DNA of 64,000 bases from Perkinsus chesapeaki ATCC PRA-425 (lineage: Eukaryota; Protista; Perkinsozoa), in contig JAAPAO010000037.1 in NCBI GenBank assembly GCA_013115145.1, forward strand, positions 50,009 through 114,008, written 5' to 3'. Every line of letters starts with the position of its first letter. The stretch's first letter is position 1. Position numbers and translations under genes: made by a program. Under the pieces are notes generated by a model. That model was not told the origin of the DNA. It was given only the letters and a program-made list of their open reading frames with translations, and made no database searches. Below, one piece after another: positions 12,480 through 25,261 of the stretch.

Positions 12480-15400
12480 ATGGTCCGCCATAAGTCTAAG
12501 GCTCAGCCACGACGTATCGATCGTAATAATGGGAAATAAGGCACATCGGTAGTACATGGACAGGTGTGGCACCGATAATGCTAGGTGAAGAGGACAGAGA
12601 GAAAGCCAAGGAGATGGAAACCCGGCTGCCATCAGAGCCTGCCAAACATATCAACGAGTGCGTTATGGTATGGCCGTTAATGGGGAGCCGGGGTTTTATG
12701 ATAGGTATTTAGTAGCTGAGGATATATCGGGCCAGATAGTTGCACTGAGGGCACTGGCAGAGGCAGCTCCGGCTGATGATGGGGTCTTTTGGGTAGGAGG
12801 GAACTGGACGCATCGCTCCGCTAGATGAGGTGGTATTTTGTTAGCTCCTTCATCGACAACTCACTGGTATGCCAACGCATCCTTGGAGAAAGCATTTGGC
12901 TCGGACATGTGAGAATATGAAGGCTACTGGAAAGGAAGGGATAATAAGGGAATGGGTAGTAGATGGGGAAGGGAAGGCTCTATGTGGATGGTGATTGGAT
13001 TTTAGTATGATGAAGACCTGGTTACAGAGGCGGTAGAGTTGAAGGTATTCCTAGACCAGAATAATACGCCTCCGATCCCCTCGAGGGCTATACAGTTTGT
13101 TCGACAGATAGAACTGGCTTTAGAGTAAGTTGTGGAGTGGCCCCAAGAAAGTAACTATGATTTTTCTAGGTACCCTTTCACTAAGAACCTCTATGATGAT
13201 CATATCGGAAAGGCGTCTATTGAATTAATGGTAGTAAAATAGGGCGGAGCGAAGCTGCAAAGTGGCATGGTGTTCAGGAGCTACTTATCGGTCGTTACGC
13301 AGCTAGGCTGGATAAGGAGGCCGCCGTCGGTCCATCTGGAGAGCAGTCTGATTGGTGCCTCACTACCTTCCGTACATATCTCCAGAGCCTCCTGGTGCTA
13401 TCGGCTAAATGCATTTCTACTACAACTCCTGGGGACTATCTAAACGCTGAAAACGTACTGATGGGGTTCGCCGTATGGATAGGTTACCGTGGTTGCAGGT
13501 ATGCCATCCATGCTTGGTTATAACCCTATCTACCCAAGCACCTCCGGATCTCACCACTCAAGCAGCTTTAGTGTTGGCACATGCGATGGGTAATATGATG
13601 GAGGTAGAGCAATACTGAAGGGGAATCTGGTAGATGGGAAAGATAGAGAAGCTCTATTGGATCACATCACAGCTGGCAAGGCTGGCGGGACTTCTCCTCT
13701 GAGCCTTATGGAAGGTACACAATGTAGCAATGCTCACAAACTGCCGGGGAGCTCCTCTTCAGGTGGTCTCACCATCCCGGCTCAGCAGGATATGCCATTG
13801 TCGGCCAGGTTAGCAGTCAGCAGAGGTCTCTTGGTAGCAGCCACAGGCGATGATGCTAGGCTGGAGTATACAGAGAAGTGTAATAGTACTTGGAGAAGGG
13901 GGATCCGGATGGAAATGGGTGGGCAGGTGTCGAATTCTATACAGCATTGCTATTGGATCGTCATGCTGCTTTGGACACTCCGACTCTATTGTATGGGCTA
14001 CAGTCGTTGATGGTGTTGGTAAGTAGAGGGGCGGAAGGCCCGTTAATGGAGACTCAAAGGATTAGAGACATGCTAGAGGTACTGGTATCTTGAGGTTGAC
14101 CGTGCAAGATACATATAATGTCAGGCTTGTGTCACTCATTGGGAGCATCCATCGAATCTCGTTCATCAATTATGCGAACAGCTGTTTGAGATCCTGTGCC
14201 GCAAGGCAGGGGCATCCGGTGAGACGAAGCTGAATATTGTGAAAGAGTCTGTGAAGGAGCTACCCTTCTGCCGTGCCAAATGCAAGGGACTATCATTCCT
14301 TTTGCCCTTGTCTGGGGATGATGCTATGGCCATAGCTTTGGATATGGTACCCGACTTACTTGACACAGTGTCACAAGAGGGCAGCTCATCAAGTGCAGCA
14401 AAGCAGTTGTTAGAGAAGGTTTGCTCTATGGTAAGTGGGAGGTAGCTATGGTGGTGGCAAAGGCTTACCTTTCCCTCCAAAGATCTACACTGGTACGGTA
14501 GCCTCGCCTGGGGATAAGAGCCATAATGGAGTGGGACAGTAGATCTATACAGGAGCTGGCATACCAGTGGCCGTTTGGTGAGCACGTGTTCTTCAGGCAC
14601 CTGGAATAGCGGAAAAGTTCGACCTGAAGGGCCGTCTGTTCAGCCCCATACTGGACTTGCTCAATCGTATACACCAAAGCGAGGGTAGCGATCTTAATCA
14701 GGGTCTAGCTGATACCCTAACTAATGTACTCTGCTCTTTAAACGCTTCGTACGTTGCGTCTTAGATACTGTCAAAGGCTCCCACGGAGCTATTGGTGTCC
14801 TTGTGGGATGCGGCGCTGAATAGTGTTGATGCAGGTAGATAGGAAACGTTACTGCTGCATAGTTGTGGTCTGTGGTTCAGGTGGAGACTACTCGATCCTG
14901 GCTCTTGCTGGGCTCTTCAGGAAGCTTGGGAGAGCGGAGTTCACTGAGGCTGGTTTGACGTTGGTAGAGCCTAAGGCTAAGAGGAGTCGTCATGGGCAGA
15001 GAAGCTCTGAGAAGCCTTCGCCAGATACGGTAGCCTGGCACAGCCTATGATACCTTTCACACAATACATTAGGCACCCAACTTCGGCAAGTACGGCAGCT
15101 TTCCTCTGGCTAGACTTGAAGGCTGGATGCTTTCTGCCGACTCGGCTATGGCAATATCCACTCTCAAGCTGTTATCTACAGTCAAGAGTCCAGCAACTAC
15201 CCCTCTTACTGCTGCGGAGGTCCGCCTCGTATATCCTCTATTCATCAGGGATGGTGAGTCATTGGTATCCAGAGGGCATGTCAGTGTGCTATAGGTCAGC
15301 AGCTAAAGCTGTCGGATCTCTCCCTGCGCCAAAGGGCCACATCCGCGCTGAAGGCCTTCCTTCAGCGATTGAGAGATACCTGGGATTTGAAGCAACCTAA

Positions 15401-18400
15401 GGAGGATGGTAGGCTGCCTACTGGTCAGGTGCCGATATGTCCAACCAGGTACCGAAGTAGCCTCTAAGAGGTTTGCTCCTTGGTTGAAGGCCCTATTTTT
15501 GGACTACCTTGTACCAGTCGCCACCAGACCAGGCTCCCCTTTGGAGATTGCCTATCCAGCTGCTGTTATTATCGAGCATGTCTACAAACTGTAGGGGCAG
15601 ACTGTTAATAACGGATGCTTCACCATTACCTTTTCAGGTTTGGAAGCCTCCCTGTCTCCCTTAACACAGGCAAGGCCTATTCTGGGTGCTCCATTGCCAA
15701 GGAGTTAGGCTTCTATGAACCCGAGGTTGGCAATAGGCTGTGCCGCTATGCTTGGAAGCTATTCCTTTACGTCAGGTTGTCCTGAGCCTCTTCCAAGCTC
15801 TTGGTGCCCCTTGGAGCAAGCAACGAGCAGCAGTAGTGCAAGCTCTGCAAGCAATACCATCTGATATCATACTTCAAGTTGGCCCTCAAATCGAACGAAG
15901 GATTGCGGAGCTGGCAAGAAAGAGCAAGCAGGTAACACAACTCACTACCCTCCGCTTTAGGCTACAGTGTTGCTTAGGTCGTAAGGGTGCGCTGGACAAG
16001 CGAGGCTGCTGCCCTGTCGGAGCTGTACAGTCAGTCTCTTAACGGCGACGATAGAGTAGCCTATGTAGAGACCATAATTGTGAAGGTTAGGGAGGAATTC
16101 GAGCAAAGCATTGGCAAGGTACATCATATCATATTGTTGTTGTAAGAGTTCGTGTTAGGGCCTTGATGCCCTTAGGGGTCTCCATCTCTACCTGGCCTGC
16201 CTAGCTGCAGCTTTGCCCTATGTCCGCGGTATACAGAAGGCTTCTGGTACATCTTTAGTGTCTGTTACTGCTATTGAGCTACTCCTATCAATATGTGTTA
16301 GTGTCCTGGGGGCAATCAGTGAAGGGGTGGATGATGTAAACTGCATTTACCTTCCCTCGAGTCCTTATGATGCTTCCTGCAGGTTCTGGTATCCTCTAAC
16401 TTACTAACAGCAGCTGGATTAGACCATGCAGCCTGTCGGCCCAAGACCAGCGTCGATTGTCGCGGTCATCTTATAGTGTCGGAGCCGGAGAGCTCTGAGT
16501 CTGACGAGTTGATGGATACATCAGGTTGGCTGCTCAGTGGCACGTCGCTCCGTTGAATGAAGCTCCTGCCTTTAGATGATGCTAGTATGGATATAGATGA
16601 TGGAGCATCAACTACAACCTCTTCTTGGACTACCATCAAGGAGAGCATCTCAGCACTAGAAGCCATTGTGGAGAACCTCCCTAGCATGGAGTCCATTGCC
16701 AGCCCTCGTCCAGGTAGGGCGCCCATTATCCGTTCAGCCACTTTGTGTTTAGATGAGCGTGGTGGTGTATCTCTGGTGACTCTGGCCAGTTCGTCAGCTG
16801 TTGAGGTGTGGGATAAAGTTGTTTCTATGCTACTGCTGTTCTTACTCTCGACAAAGCATCCAGGGTAATTCCTCCCTTCCATCCAGCCTATTTAATAATG
16901 GTGTTCCTTTTAGTGCCATCACTCGCCTCTACCAATGCCTGGCTGAGGTCACCCGAAGGCTTCTCCTTGCTGAAGACTCTGAGCTCCAGAGGCTACCTCA
17001 GAAGTGGCTAGATGACCTACACAGTCTCCTGACGGACCATGCTATCGTTCAGGAGGATTCCCAGGAACGCTCAAGGCTCCGAATGGTAGTTGGCGTGAGC
17101 AGCACCCGCTCATCGTTGAGTGTATGCTATCAGGTTCTGCCTCCAGCACTGCGCAGGTCCTTTGGCCTTGGCTTGTGCTTTGTCGGTATACTGGAAGGAT
17201 CAGCTAGCCATGTAAGGTTAGCTGGTGGTGGGTATGCCTCCTGCCAGATGCTGTTGGATACCATAGCAAGACTCGAAGGGTAGGCCCCCCCCGCCGCCGC
17301 CATTGTTCATGGTGTTCCCCCAAGGAGCGCCTTGTTCTTTCTGTTCAGTGTCTTTGATGGTCCATCAGCTGATGATGTGACGTCCTGTGTACATGCTCTC
17401 AACGTCCTTCGTGCAGTCGTTAGAGATGCTCATCTTGCTGGATATATTCCAGAAAGTGTAAGCGCCCACTGTCGATCGTACTTCAACAGGCAGCAGCAGC
17501 AGCTCCTATATAGGTTATGAACTCGGTCCTTCTATTAGCGGTGAAGACCCTCTCCCAGCGAGGGGAGGAGACATGGCCAATTCGCAGTGCAGGCACATTA
17601 CTATTTGTCCACGCTTCTCGACGAGTGAGATACCTTAGGCTGTAATTCATAGGGATCACCGTTTTCTCAGGTTCTCGGTAATGACTCAGAGCATACTGTA
17701 GCGAGCGGAGGCCGCAAGCATACCGGTCGAGCCACTACCTTCATGGAGCTATGCCGTAGACAGCCACAGCTTATAGACGCCATTACGTCTCTGCTAAGGG
17801 ACACTACTGACGACTCTACTGTGATGCCGGCCTTGCTCTTTGTCTGTAAGCTTAAGCTGGGCAATGAGGAGGCAGTCGCTCAACAACAGCATAAGGAGCT
17901 GCTGGACGCCATATGGGAGCTGGCGAGGTCGCCTATTTGGCACGTCCGAAAGCTGGCCAGTGTGGCTTTAGTGAATCTTGGTGCAGTGGAGAATGTCGCT
18001 GATGCTCTTTTACTGCAACCAAAGTCGGCAAATGAGATGCATGTGAAACTGGAATCGCTCAAGTTCCTTGTTAAAAGCGGGTGTGGTGACGAACTACGTG
18101 CTGAAGACCTGAGTAGTCTATTAGCCGCAACCTCAACATGTCCACCTTTAAATAGCATCGTTCTCGATATAGCCAGGCTATGTCATATCGAACTTTCGGC
18201 TGGTCCTTGTGATCCCGGCGACGGATTTTTGGGCATCCAGCGCTCGAAGGCCGCGGCAATGGTATCGAACGAAGTGGTGGAGAACTGCGAGCATCCCCAG
18301 GTCCTCGAGGCTCTCATAAAGTCGAGGCACGCTTCGGAAGGCCTCATTTCCAAGGCACTGTCTGTAGACATCCATAGCAGGCCGGAATACCGAGGTGCAG

Positions 18401-19168
18401 CTCTGGCAGCTCTTACAGTGGCCAGTGCTGACCTACTAACCGATGAAGTTGTAGAACGTCTGCATGCACTGTTGTATCCTAATGACGTCGATGGTGTGTT
18501 ATCACTGGCTAAAAGCAGTGCTACGTCCACTCACAGGAGGGAGTGGTTGGAACTCTGTTGCCAATCATCTCAACCAGCTGAGGTGAGAGTGGCTGCGGCG
18601 ACCTTAGTCCCTGATGATATAGCCTTGACGATGGTACAAGATGAATGCGAAGAGGTTCGATGTATCGTTTGTAAGAAGCTTGGAGGCCTTGCCCCTCTAC
18701 CGACACTATGTCGAAGGCCCACTAACCGCACACTTACAGTGCCTACTGCTTCCGAGGTTTCAGCGTTGATAGCGGATCGAGCAGCTCCTCGCTCATTCGA
18801 TAAAGAGGAGCCCAACACCTACCGAGAGGAGTTGCTCTCTACCCAATTGGCGTTCCCAATTGGCGTTCCAATTGGCCAAGGGTCACGCCTCTGTTTCCCA
18901 ACCCTCTAACGCCGCCGTTAAAGCTGCCCTCTGTGCGATGGTCGATGGCCTCAATGAGTTTGGCTGGAGTCTATGCTGTGATGAGTTTGTCTTTGAGTCT
19001 GCCTTTGCCCTGCTTGGCACGGCGGCCAATGGTACGTTCCCGGAGCTTTCTGGTCAGTTTGACAGGGATGAGGTCCCCCTATGTCTCCGAAGGCTATCCA
19101 GAGCAGGCAATAGGTTAGACCAGAGCCTCTTCCTGTGCCCCTCTTCAATGGTATACTGTCCAACGTAA
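12480..19168 (+). CDS. THADA: THADA/Trm732 HEAT-repeat tRNA 2'-O-methylation regulator (DUF2428), with a frameshift near the C-terminus in this sequence
   Basis: Ordered THADA motifs: SWTTIKESISAL, FLLSTKHPG, QRLPQKWLDDL, LRRSFGLGLCFVGIL (cf. TRRSAGIPF), VHALNVLRAVVRDAHL, SPIWHVRKLASVALV, FDKEEPNTYREE. As written the frame ends at 18909; it continues to about 19118-19168 if a 13-bp duplication is removed. Confidence 0.85.
18843..18868 (+). repeat. 13-bp perfect tandem duplication (CCAATTGGCGTTC x2)
   Basis: Read directly: 18843-18855 and 18856-18868 are identical and followed by CAATTGGCC; each unit contains the palindrome CCAATTGG. Confidence 0.9.
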
Positions 19169-19292
19169 TCTACCAACTATGTTTCCTTAACCATCCATCT
19201 TGCGTTGTCCTCACCAACTACAACAGCGCACAAACTTTAGCGCGCGCCCAAAAAATAGAGCACGGCGATCGGTACAGGTGCGCTTCGTCTGA

Positions 19293-20465
19293 ATGTCCTC
19301 CTCAACTCGGCAACATACAGTGAAAAAGAGTAACGGATACGGTAGCATTCAAGACGGGCTTATCCAGATCACGACTTAGGCACTCGAGAGTCTGGCGGTC
19401 GTAAGGAAGCATCGGCAGCACCTTTGAGCCGGATAAAGCCACCGCCTACCCTAGGTCGTGGGGGCGCATGTAATACACTTGACGGCTTTGGAAGGGACTA
19501 GAATTCGATTTGATAGCTACTACTATATCAACAGCTAAGGCACCGGCACCACGTCGGACGAGTACGGTCTCGACACCGCAGGCATTGGCCTTGGACACTG
19601 CTATACATGAGGCAGTGAAGGTAATGGTGTGAGGGTCGAGGGATGGGCAAGATTCAATGAGCAGATGAAGACTGATATGGTAGAGGTGAACTGCCAGGCA
19701 ATGATAAGAGCGGTTTGCAAATACGTGTATGGTGTTAAAGACGGTGCAGAGGTAGTAAAGGCAGGCACGAGTGAAGGGACTACAAGGCAGGTGAAGGCAG
19801 AGACCCTTGCTGAGGCTCTACGGTGCATCGAGACCTATCGGCTTAAAGACGTGGATGTTCCAAAGGTTCATCATACGGTTACGGTAATGGATTTAAGGGT
19901 GTCAGTGTCGAAGGCGGACCTGGTTCGGTAGGTACCCCAGACGTTGGAGTGTATCAGGAAAGAGGCAGCAAAGGAGGAGAAAATGGCAAAGGAGCAGTTG
20001 GATGGGCTCGTTCACGACGGGGAGCTGGACGCGAAGCTTGCTGATGCTAAGGCATCCAGAAAACGAAAATTGGTAACCGTGGAGTGTTATAGGTTGGGAA
20101 ACAAGCTGACGCTTAGGAGCAAGATGCCACTGCGGCCATCATCAATAAGAAGAGGAATCGAGCAGATCTTGAGACGTACCATAGTGGTCATGAATTGGTT
20201 AAGCATGTCCCTCAGATCCATAGCGACGGCGGAGGCTAATTTGGAGAGCATGCAGAAGAGGCGTACTGCCTTGGATGATGTTTTAGAATGGCGTAAAGAA
20301 CGGGTTGCTACAATACTAGAGGCTGCTAAAGAGCTGAAACAGGTAGTACGGGGGGTGGAAGGGCTGGAAGAGAAGGAGATCAGGCACGTCATTGATCAGG
20401 GCCCAAAGGAGGGTCGGTCAGGTGGTTCCGATGCTGTTATGGTAAATACCGCTGGTGATCATTAA
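19293..20465 (+). CDS. Hypothetical coiled-coil protein
   Basis: MSSSTRQHTVKK start, GT-AG introns, helical charged exons (ECIRKEAAKEEKMAKEQL; IATAEANLESMQKRRTALDDVLEWRKERV); stop at 20465. Confidence 0.45.
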
Positions 20466-20557
20466 TCAAACGATCGCTGTTTCCTATGCTGATGTTGTTG
20501 TATATAATGTTTGTGTTGTTAATAATATGCGTTTTCATTTCTCTGTATTGTTTCTCC

Positions 20558-22101
20558 ATGATAAGGGCGCTGTTGGCGGCTCTCTTAACGTTGCGAAGGA
20601 GCACGGCCGGTGATTGGTCAGCTGTGGAGATCACTAAGGAAGTAGAGGATATGGTAGTAGGTAGAGGTTGCTCACTTGACGGGGAGGTATCATGCTGGTG
20701 GGGATACCATAATGACAGTCTTAGAGGGCCTATCCAAGGTGATGGAGCTAAGACTTACGTGATCGTGCAGGTGCTGCCGAGCCGTAGCGGTCTCAGGTCT
20801 CCTTGCTGGCTCAATGGCAAGTATCAGCACTGAAGGGGAACTAGGGGAACTCACCGACGCCTTTGATCGTTTGGTGAACTGGACGGCTATTGCAGCAGAT
20901 ATACGCGAGGCTAGCCTCCAAGCAGTGTAATGCAGCAGCAGCACCAGCACCACCACGACCACGGCGCCGACGAGTCCTCCATTGATTCACATAGGCCGGT
21001 AATGCTTGCTGTATCGGCACTGCAGATGGCGGCTCATCATGGGATATGCCTTGGGAGCAAATCTGAGTTTCAGCGAGGGCACTGCCGTAGTATTATGTAA
21101 GGGATGTCACCCTTACATCGTAGATAGCTGAATGAGGTACAAGAAGGCAATACAGAAGCTGCTGCTAGCCCACTGGGAATGGGTCGCGGAGGGTATTCTG
21201 GCAGAAGGGAGGAGGGAGGCTGCTATACCATGGCCATCGATTTATCAGAGCCCATCTGTGTGGGTGCAGGGCCTACCTGAGGGAACACCATGGTTGGAGT
21301 GTGATCGTATAGGAGGCTTACCGCGGCAATTGGAGGAAAATTATGAAATGATATTACAGGAAGTATATTACCAAATTGAAGTGGTGCCACGGTGATGGTA
21401 TAGGTGAGCCGACTGGATGATGATGCTGGCTCTGATGAGTATGGATACCTTCATGCTTCTGGTCAATGGCACCAACTACAGCTCTTCCGCAATGGGTAGT
21501 AGCAGGTGGTGTACATGTAGCTAGCGACGGCGGTTATAGGGAGTACATGGATAGAGGATGCAGGCTGATGCCAGAGACGTGCCGTGTGTTGAAGGAGGCA
21601 CCTTTCCCAACTAGGCCAGATCTTATGGATTATTGGCCAGTGAGAAACAATGAGGAAGTAGTTCTAGCACCAACAACTAGTGATTCATCTTTTGCAGCGG
21701 CTATCATGGTTCAGGCTGTTATTCTCTTTGCGACTCCTGGAACCCACGTACCAGTCCATACGGGTGCGGCCAACACCCAGTTTAACGTTCACCTACCGTT
21801 GGTTGGACTTCAAGGGGTAGTGGTACTGAACGTGGTATAGCATCACAGTAGCTGTAGGCAAGTATAGCAGTGCATCCTGGAGGACGCAGGAATTGGACAC
21901 ATGCCACAGCAATGTGTTTCGATGATTCTTTCGCGCATGAGGTCTGGCATGAAGGTAGCAGCAGCAGCAGCCTAGTATAGCATATGGCCCTTAGGAGAAG
22001 CAGTGAGGGTAATACTAGTGGTACGAGTGATGCACCCAGCGGCAACTCGGCAGTTGCTCCGTCAAGTTTGGTCGGGTGTACATGATCCTAATGAGCTTTA
22101 A
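20558..22101 (+). CDS. Aspartyl/asparaginyl beta-hydroxylase-family 2OG-Fe(II) dioxygenase, secretory pathway
   Basis: Signal-like MIRALLAALLTLRRSTAG; AspH motifs LEENYEMILQE, PGTHVPVHTGAANTQFNVHLPL, FDDSFAHEVWHEG, RVILVVRVMHP; C-terminus HDPNEL*. Confidence 0.8.
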
Positions 22102-22224
22102 TGCAGTGTCATGTCTCCCGCCTTTAGGTTATGTATCGTGTTGGGGGTGTCAATATTATTCTCAGCTATTACTTTTTATGCTATTCTGGCCTGCTGCAGC
22201 CTCATGCCGACGACGACCCTCTAT

Positions 22225-23556
22225 GATTAGCACCCTTAGCATCATCATCATCATCCTTCTAACGATGGCCGTAGACGGTCTTCGCCTCTCTGACAGAGAC
22301 ATGTCCAGCGGCGGATCGGACATGTAACCAAGAACATGGACTGGTCGCTGCCATAATACTGGGCTGTCTCAGGGCCGTCCTCAGTGACCTTGTCAACACC
22401 CTTTCCAATAGTCGCCTTTCGCTAGATCAACATGCCGTAGTAGTAGGAGCAGCTCCTGCAGTGGCTGACTCTGGTACGATACTAACCACAGCGGAGGAGT
22501 TAGCCAAGGACGGGTAAGGGAACAACTGCTGCTGCATTCGGGGAGTTGAGAAGTAAGACTGGGTTTAGGAATAATATGGCGGCAAGGCTGAACTCGGTGG
22601 AGGAGACAATAAATAGGCAACTGCATGGGGTGCGGAAGGTAGAAGCTGGGCATTGGGATGAGGTGAGGGAAGGCTCAGATTGGGATAGAAGGAAGTGTTT
22701 GTGGTTCAGTTAAACAGAACACATTATAATATACATTCAACTAGAGTTCAGCAAGAGAACAACGAGAAGAGTCGACAGGCTTGTTTGGTGAGTGAAAAAC
22801 TGAATTGAGTCGGGGCTGATGCTGGAATGCTGCTGCTGTTAAGGTGGCTAATAACGAAGCTTCGGTGGAACTTAATAATTTGCTGAGGGATATGATATCG
22901 GGGGCTGAACAAATTAATGATGATGTGGTAGGGAGTAGTGCAGCAGCACTCGGAAGGAAAAGCATGTTGCTGTGTAATCAGGCTACTGCCAATAAAGTTA
23001 AAAGGCGAATGGAGATGGATATAGTAATGCTGTTGTCTCTTGGACGTACGATTGAAGATGATCCTGTTCCAGGCTAAATTCAACGACAGAATTAGCAGTC
23101 TCGATGCATGGTTGGTTAACATGGATAAATGGACTAAATTCGTATTGGATCAAACAGCTCATCGTAAGGCTATGATGCATTTGAGATAGGCAGCAGCCAC
23201 TGTCACTGTGGTGTAGTTGACCGTGCTCAAGCTAGATTGTTACGGTGGGGTGATGAGACAAAAGGGACACTGAATACGCATGAGGTGGGCAGTAGCAGCA
23301 GCAGTTACAGGACTATATAGTGGGGAGGATGGCTGCGTCTTAGGTTAGTATGGTCAAACTCGGTAGAGAGATTTTCAACCTGGAAACATCTATCCTATCT
23401 GTACAGGAGACACTCATGGCAGCAGCAGCCAGAGTTGGATGTGAGCCCGGTGCAGCTTTTAAGGGTCTGCATTCTTACTCTGTCAGATAAGCCGGTGATG
23501 CTTACCATACCCGAGGCTGGTGGAGGAAATGACTGGCTCTACACCCCCTTCACTTA
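22225..23556 (+). CDS. Hypothetical protein with a signal-peptide-like N-terminus and coiled-coil segments
   Basis: MISTLSIIIIILLTMAVDG; spliced exons such as MAARLNSVEETINRQLHGVRK and VANNEASVELNNLLRDMISGAEQ; may stop at 23077 or continue to about 23556. Confidence 0.3.
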
Positions 23557-23680
23557 GTCATCCGTTCATGCCATTGTTGTGGCCGTTGATTATTTACCAA
23601 CGGGATCTGAAACGCCAACGGCGCTGTGTTGGAATTAATAAAGGGGGAATGAGGAAGGGCTTCATCTTGCATTAGCAGTT

Positions 23681-25166
23681 ATGAATTCAGATCGTATTAG
23701 GCGTCGAGTGTCCGAAAGCCTATTGGCTAAGATAGAGGATCAGCTTACCAGACGGGCATCAGAGGGGAGCTATTGCCTGACTGATGACAAGGTCATCGAA
23801 GCGGTCAAAAGTGAGGCAGATGAGTCAGTTGTGAGCTGCACGAGTGAAAGCGCCGGCGAAATGCCGACAATGGATAACGCAGTGGCCGGCAGTGGTCGGT
23901 GGAAAAAGGATGAAGATATTGAAGAGGGCACGTTGAGTGTCGACGATGGAGGGAGACCCGAGAGAAGAAGGGTATCTGCAGAGGAGCCGCCCCGGTCTGA
24001 CAATGGGAAAGCCATCACGGGCAGCGGTGCCGTTGGGAGGTCTACCGGTAGCAGCTCTCCAGACACTGAGCTACCGTTGTTCACGAGGCGACCGTCCTTG
24101 CTGGCATTCGCGAGACAGGCATCAAAAGTTGCTAAGGAGTTCGAGAGGACTATGCAGGAGAGGAATAAGATGGCAGCAGCAGCAGCAGCACGAAAGGACA
24201 GTGGCCCAAAGGATAAAGCAAGTGCAATGGAGGAGAACGAGGAGGAACTCACTTCCCGAATTCAAAGTAGCCTTACTTTACTATTGAACTATCTATAAAA
24301 GCAATCTCAGAGGCTACACGGATAGGGTACGGTATTGGCAGGCTGAGTGAAATAGTGGACGGGTTGTGTGGCCCAAAGTCTGAGTTAGCACGCGCTTGGC
24401 GGACATGGGTGAGGTTTGAGTAGGTCGCCTTCATCTGCCTCTCATAACGCTACTTTACCAGTTATAAATTCACGCGGTGGTTCGAGGCTAAAGTCCGAGC
24501 TTGCCACCATATGCACTGTGCTCTTCAACTTGTTGTATGTAGGCTGATGACACTATAGCTTACCCATCTGATAGTGGTTCGGTGGTAGGTGAAAGCGGCA
24601 CTAGCTGGAGCGATTAGTCGACTCAGATGGGCGCCTGTCCGTGCCGACCCAGGAAACTGTATTACAACTACCTAACTCTATCCTCTTTTATCACCAACCA
24701 TCGGTAGATTCCCGCCACATTCCTCGACTTAACCATTTATTTTCGGCTATGTATGAGGCACAATTGATCCTCGGTGTTTCCCGTCTACATGCCTTACTAG
24801 ACAAGGCCCTACATCGCCGCTTAAGGGACGCCATGAAGGCCCTGTCAATATGGGTATGCTGAATTGGAAGCGCAGCTCTGTTCTAAGTTACGTTAGTACG
24901 GCTTCCGAGGCCACAGCCGCCAGGCGCGAGTATCTATCACTGCTGGAGCTGGATCACCGAACGTGAGCTCGGATACGAGGTCCACCGGTGGTCGCCGAGC
25001 AACCGACGTTGGTGTAGCCAATAGCCTACTCAATCGGGAGACTCTTCTGGTAAGTGTACGAACAACTACCAGATGACATCGTCTCTGCTCAGAGGCTGCA
25101 GGCATTGCTTAAAGAGAGGGAGAGTGAGCTGAGGCTCAAACTAGCACGGGAAGCTAATTCTCGTTA
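23681..25166 (+). CDS. Hypothetical protein with an acidic/disordered N-terminus, Trp-containing helical segments and a coiled-coil end
   Basis: Long first exon 23681-about 24265, then spliced exons (ELARAWRTW, FTRWFEAK, RLRDAMKALSIW) ending LKERESELRLKLAREANSR*. Confidence 0.45.
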
Positions 25167-25261
25167 GCATGTGAAGCATGTTGGAATCAAGCTTTCTAAC
25201 TACCTCTTGTTCGTGTTTGCTCCCCCCGGAAAGCCTCTCTAACCTCACGTAGCTACCTCTA

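Noticed and set aside
20930-24195. Scattered (CAG/GCA)n and (CAT)n trinucleotide runs
   Set aside because: Short microsatellites encoding poly-Q/A/I tracts or lying in introns; ordinary for this type of genome.
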